Of a stretch of DNA of 64,000 nucleotides, positions 60,620 through 64,000 are shown in pieces. A model generated the notes under the pieces. The model was not told the DNA's origin, made no database searches, and saw only the letters and a list, made by a program, of their open reading frames with translations. This stretch comes from an uncultured delta proteobacterium. GTDB taxonomy: Bacteria > Myxococcota_A > Polyangia > Polyangiales > B10-G4. The DNA lies in assembly GCA_963727445.1 (NCBI GenBank), contig CAVSGI010000013.1, positions 320,001 to 384,000 of the forward strand, written 5' to 3'. The stretch's first letter is position 1. Every line of letters starts with the position of its first letter. The translations under genes were made by a program, and so were the position numbers.

Positions 60620-62041
60620 TCACGGAGTGGCGGGCCAGCGCGGCCAGATCTCGACTTCGCAGATGCCGGCGAGCTCCTCGAGACCGTCCGCGGGCTCCCA
60701 TTTCTGGTCTGTCGCGCGAAAGATGGCACCGACGTCCGATGCGTCCGGAGCGGCCATCCAGTTGCCGCCGAAGAAGCGCTCGCCGCTCGCCCACCGCCGG
60801 ACTCCTCCGCTCAGGCGGAGCCCGATGTAGGACCGCCCGGTTCCTCCGAAGAGCATGGCCGCCGCCGCCGCCTCCTCCGGCGTGTGGATACTCGCCCCGA
60901 ACATCTCGAGCTCCGCGCATCGTTGCTCGAGTCGCTCCTCCCAGTCGGACGCTGTGCCGAGGCCGGGTGGCGTCGCTTGCACGAAGCAGTGGAGACCGTC
61001 GGCGCTCTCGACGCTACCGCTTCGCCCCTCGCATGGGGTGTAGACGGTGGATGGACAGCTGCCCACACAGAAATGCGCCCGCATGAGCACAGCGCCGAGC
61101 CCAGGCGCCTGGCGGTTCATCGGCCACTCCCGCGTGTACCAGAGCTCGTTCGCACCCTCGTGATGGAACGGCAGCCAGCCGTCGGCGCCGAGGGCCTCGT
61201 TGAAGCGCGAGAAGCTGCCTCGACCAGCGAAGCTCGTGTCCCGCGACGCGCGCGTGACTTCGTAGTGCGTCACGCCATCGCGATAGGTGAGCACCAACCC
61301 ATCGCGCGAGAGCCGGGGCTCGGTGGCCTCGGAGGCGTCCCCGGTGTCGACCGGGACGGCTGCCGGAAAGGCCGTGCCGCGCATCGAACGCTCCGTGATC
61401 TGCAGCTGGCCCCCGACTTGCGCCACCAGGGTCAATCCGTCGCCCGACACCGATGGATGCTGCGCGCCAGTCGGGAAGGCATCGACCGGATCGAGGTCCC
61501 CGAACGTGCCCATGCGCAGGCCTCGCGACGCACTGCGGATGCGGATGACGTCGTCGGGGTCGAGCGACTCGACGTAGACCAGCAAACCGTCGCCGGTGAG
61601 CGTGGCGCGTTGGATGCGGTATTCGCTCGGCGTGAGGGGGACCTGCTCGGGCGCGTCGAACTCCCCGAAGCTTCCGTCGGTCGTGTCGTAAATGCGCGCC
61701 GCCGTCCACAGCTCCCCGCTGAAGGGGTCACGGTCGTCGACCCGCGTGAAGAAGAGCTGGGTCCCGTCGGTGGTGAGCTCCGGTGCGTAGTGGCTCGAGG
61801 CCGTGCTCAGCGCGCGGGAGGGAACATGGAGCGAGATGGGCTGATGGACGAGGCCCAGGTCGAAGGGGCCCGCGTCGACCGAGCCGTCGGCCCCGGCGTC
61901 CGCGGCATCCGGCGAGGAATCGAGGGTTGCATCGCGCGAGGCGTCCTCTACGCCGCTGTCCGTGCCCCCATCGTCGAGGAAGACGGGTTTCGTGCACCCA
62001 GCGAGAACGAGGACGAAGACGGCAGTCGCGAAGCGCACCAC
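60620..62041 (-). CDS. Lipoprotein with PD40-type propeller and C-type-lectin-like C-terminal domain
   Basis: Lipobox VLAG-C; PELTTDG, PSVSGDG, PRLSRDG; HCF...C...ASIHT.EE...YIGL...WASGE...ICE. Confidence 0.7.
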   Translation of the reverse strand: MVRFATAVFVLVLAGCTKPVFLDDGGTDSGVEDASRDATLDSSPDAADAGADGSVDAGPFDLGLVHQPISLHVPSRALSTASSHYAPELTTDGTQLFFTRVDDRDPFSGELWTAARIYDTTDGSFGEFDAPEQVPLTPSEYRIQRATLTGDGLLVYVESLDPDDVIRIRSASRGLRMGTFGDLDPVDAFPTGAQHPSVSGDGLTLVAQVGGQLQITERSMRGTAFPAAVPVDTGDASEATEPRLSRDGLVLTYRDGVTHYEVTRASRDTSFAGRGSFSRFNEALGADGWLPFHHEGANELWYTREWPMNRQAPGLGAVLMRAHFCVGSCPSTVYTPCEGRSGSVESADGLHCFVQATPPGLGTASDWEERLEQRCAELEMFGASIHTPEEAAAAAMLFGGTGRSYIGLRLSGGVRRWASGERFFGGNWMAAPDASDVGAIFRATDQKWEPADGLEELAGICEVEIWPRWPATP

Positions 62042-62087
62042 GGCGATTATACGTCGAACGAGGGGGCTCGGAGGCTATCATCGATGC

Positions 62088-62831
62088 ATGCGCGCACTGC
62101 TCGTTGCGACGATGCTCACCGTCGTGATGACGACGGGGAGGGCGAACGCGCAGGCCCACGAAGAACGCGAGACCGATCTGACCGTCGATGCGGAGGAAAA
62201 CGGCCTCGATGAAGAGGCGCGTATCGTCTACGAGGCCGGCGTGGTCGCCTATCAGGAGCAGCGCTTCGACAACGCGCTCGAGTACTTCCAAAGGGCGCAT
62301 GAGCTCAGCGGGCGACCTCAGATGCTCTTCAACATCGGCCTCGTCGCGGACCGCCTGCGCCGCGACGAGCTGGCTGTGGAGTCCTACGAAGCGTTCCTGC
62401 ACGAGCTACCCGATGCTGCGAATCGAGGGGAGGTCGAGGAGCGGCTCCGCCTGCTGCGCGCCGGGCTCGAGGCGCAACGACCCGCGACGACCGCTCAGGC
62501 CGAAGAGGGCGGCGCCAACGCCGCGGCAATCGTGCTCGTGTCCCTCGGTGGTCTGGCCGTCGGCGGTGCGATCGCCGGCGCCATCTGGTGGGCGGATCGG
62601 GCCGACGTCCTGTCGCAGTGCGACGCGCGTGGTTGCGCGAACGTAGGAACGATCGAAGGAGAACGAAGCGCGGCGATCGGCGTGACCATCGCCGCGGGCG
62701 TGGTCGGGCTCGCGGCGCTCACCACCGGCGTGATCCTGCTCGCGTCGGGCCGAGGCCGTAGCGACGCGGGCGAGTCGGCGCTCGCGTGCGGCGTTTCGCC
62801 CTTCGGCGTGAGCTGCGCGGGTCGGTTCTGA
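62088..62831 (+). CDS. Exported TPR protein with C-terminal hydrophobic segments
   Basis: Signal peptide; ARIVYEAG, ALEYFQRAHELS, LFNIG, AVESYEAFL; ends GRF. Confidence 0.78.
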   Translation: MRALLVATMLTVVMTTGRANAQAHEERETDLTVDAEENGLDEEARIVYEAGVVAYQEQRFDNALEYFQRAHELSGRPQMLFNIGLVADRLRRDELAVESYEAFLHELPDAANRGEVEERLRLLRAGLEAQRPATTAQAEEGGANAAAIVLVSLGGLAVGGAIAGAIWWADRADVLSQCDARGCANVGTIEGERSAAIGVTIAAGVVGLAALTTGVILLASGRGRSDAGESALACGVSPFGVSCAGRF

Positions 62832-62838
62832 GCCCGGC

Positions 62839-64000
62839 TCAGCAACCCTCGAGGGCGCAGCCGAGCGCGGCTTCGGCCCGCGGGTCCACGTCGCCCCAGC
62901 CGGTGATCACGTCGGCCGGGCCGAGGTCGGGCAGGAGCTCGCGCGCGTCGTCGTCGAGGAGGGGATCGGCGGAGATCAGGCTGGTCTCGATGCGCGCACG
63001 CATCGACGCGAGGTGGGCGTCCTCGATGGCGTCGCCATCCCCGAACCAATGGTCACCGCGCAAGAGATCCACCGCCGACGCGAAGCGCTCGTCCTCGGCC
63101 GCGCTGATCTCCCCGTCGACGGCGAAGAGGGTGAGGAGCCACGAGAGCACGGCCATGCGGTCGCCCCGCTCGATGCCGTAGTAGCGATCCTCGAGGCAGC
63201 CCTCGAAGCTGCCCTCGCGAACGCCGTCAGCGATCGCGGCGGCCTGCGAGGCGTAGCCGACCGAGTAGGCGAGGGGCCAGAAGCCGCCACCGTCCCACAC
63301 CGAACGGGACATGTGCGCCGCGATGAGGTGGCGCTCAGCGTCCGTGATCTCCCCGTCGGCGAGCGCGGCAGCGCCCATCATCCGCGCCACGCAGAGCGCG
63401 CCCTCCTGGTCCGCGACGATGGCGCCGTTCTCCGTGAGCATGCCTTCGCCCCATGGACGGATCGTCGCGTCGACGTGCTCGCCCACCCCGCGGGTCACGG
63501 TGCGGGTGAGCACCACGTCGGCGACCATGGTGAGGCCGAGCGTCGCGTAACCGAGCACCTGGCGGCCGGTGCCGACGGCGACCGCGCGACCGGTGGCCCG
63601 CGCGGCGAGAGACGCTCCCTCGCGGACCAGACGTTGGACGAGCCGATCGACCATGCGCCGAACCAGACGTCGCAGCACCGCGCGAGGATCGAGGAGCCCG
63701 CCGACCCGCACCGCGATCTTGGCGAGAGCCGGCAGCGCGAAGATCCCGCCGAAGAGCCCGCGGAGCTCCGGGATGTCCATCGCGCTGAGCACCGCGCCCG
63801 TGACCAGGAGCAGGTTCTGTCCCTCACGGATGTCGATCCCGTAGGCCGCGGCGATCTCGATGGCCATTCGGATGCGAATGCGGAAGTTGGCGATCAGCCC
63901 GTGGCTCACGCTCAGCGGGATGCCGGCGTAGGGGATCAGCGACTCGAGGTTCACGAGGATCTCGGTGCGCGTCACCTGGCCGACGTACCGGTCGATGATG
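62839..64000 (-). CDS. Protein with EcsC-like helical region and two TerB-like domains, 5'-truncated by the window edge
   Basis: EIAAAYGIDI; ALADGEITDAE and FAVDGEISAAE motifs. Confidence 0.6.
   Translation of the reverse strand, partial: IIDRYVGQVTRTEILVNLESLIPYAGIPLSVSHGLIANFRIRIRMAIEIAAAYGIDIREGQNLLLVTGAVLSAMDIPELRGLFGGIFALPALAKIAVRVGGLLDPRAVLRRLVRRMVDRLVQRLVREGASLAARATGRAVAVGTGRQVLGYATLGLTMVADVVLTRTVTRGVGEHVDATIRPWGEGMLTENGAIVADQEGALCVARMMGAAALADGEITDAERHLIAAHMSRSVWDGGGFWPLAYSVGYASQAAAIADGVREGSFEGCLEDRYYGIERGDRMAVLSWLLTLFAVDGEISAAEDERFASAVDLLRGDHWFGDGDAIEDAHLASMRARIETSLISADPLLDDDARELLPDLGPADVITGWGDVDPRAEAALGCALEGC

Overview
High-GC bacterial chromosome segment. The gene content (many Cys-rich lipoproteins with DAG/DSG linkers, Ser/Thr kinase-AAA-TPR proteins, a serpin) suggests Myxococcota, probably Polyangia; this is inference only. 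The left half carries a kinase-associated-type ECF sigma factor between beta-helix proteins, then housekeeping genes (ccmAB, hemW, orn, dnaJ, an RRM protein, a lytic transglycosylase, trxC, a lolE-like gene). At 21964-27814 there is a translationally coupled operon: a Zn-ribbon membrane protein, an intact RRE-radical SAM-SPASM enzyme, a paralogue that has lost the CxxxCxxC motif, and a DUF2207-like membrane protein ending in G11-CACACAGCACACACAGGGR, followed by a methyltransferase. This is the best candidate for an undescribed protein-tail modification system. tRNA-Gly(GCC) at 31321-31395 hosts a 4.2-kb tyrosine-integrase element bounded by a 139-bp direct repeat. The right half is accessory DNA with several broken genes, many lipoproteins, a tandem double radical SAM enzyme, and a B12-dependent radical SAM protein fused to a lipobox-like segment and repeated (M)VVDPPP motifs (second candidate: an enzyme fused to its own precursor). 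Many single-base frameshifts suggest long-read indel errors, so pseudogene calls are uncertain. All family assignments come from reading motifs by eye, with no database searches.
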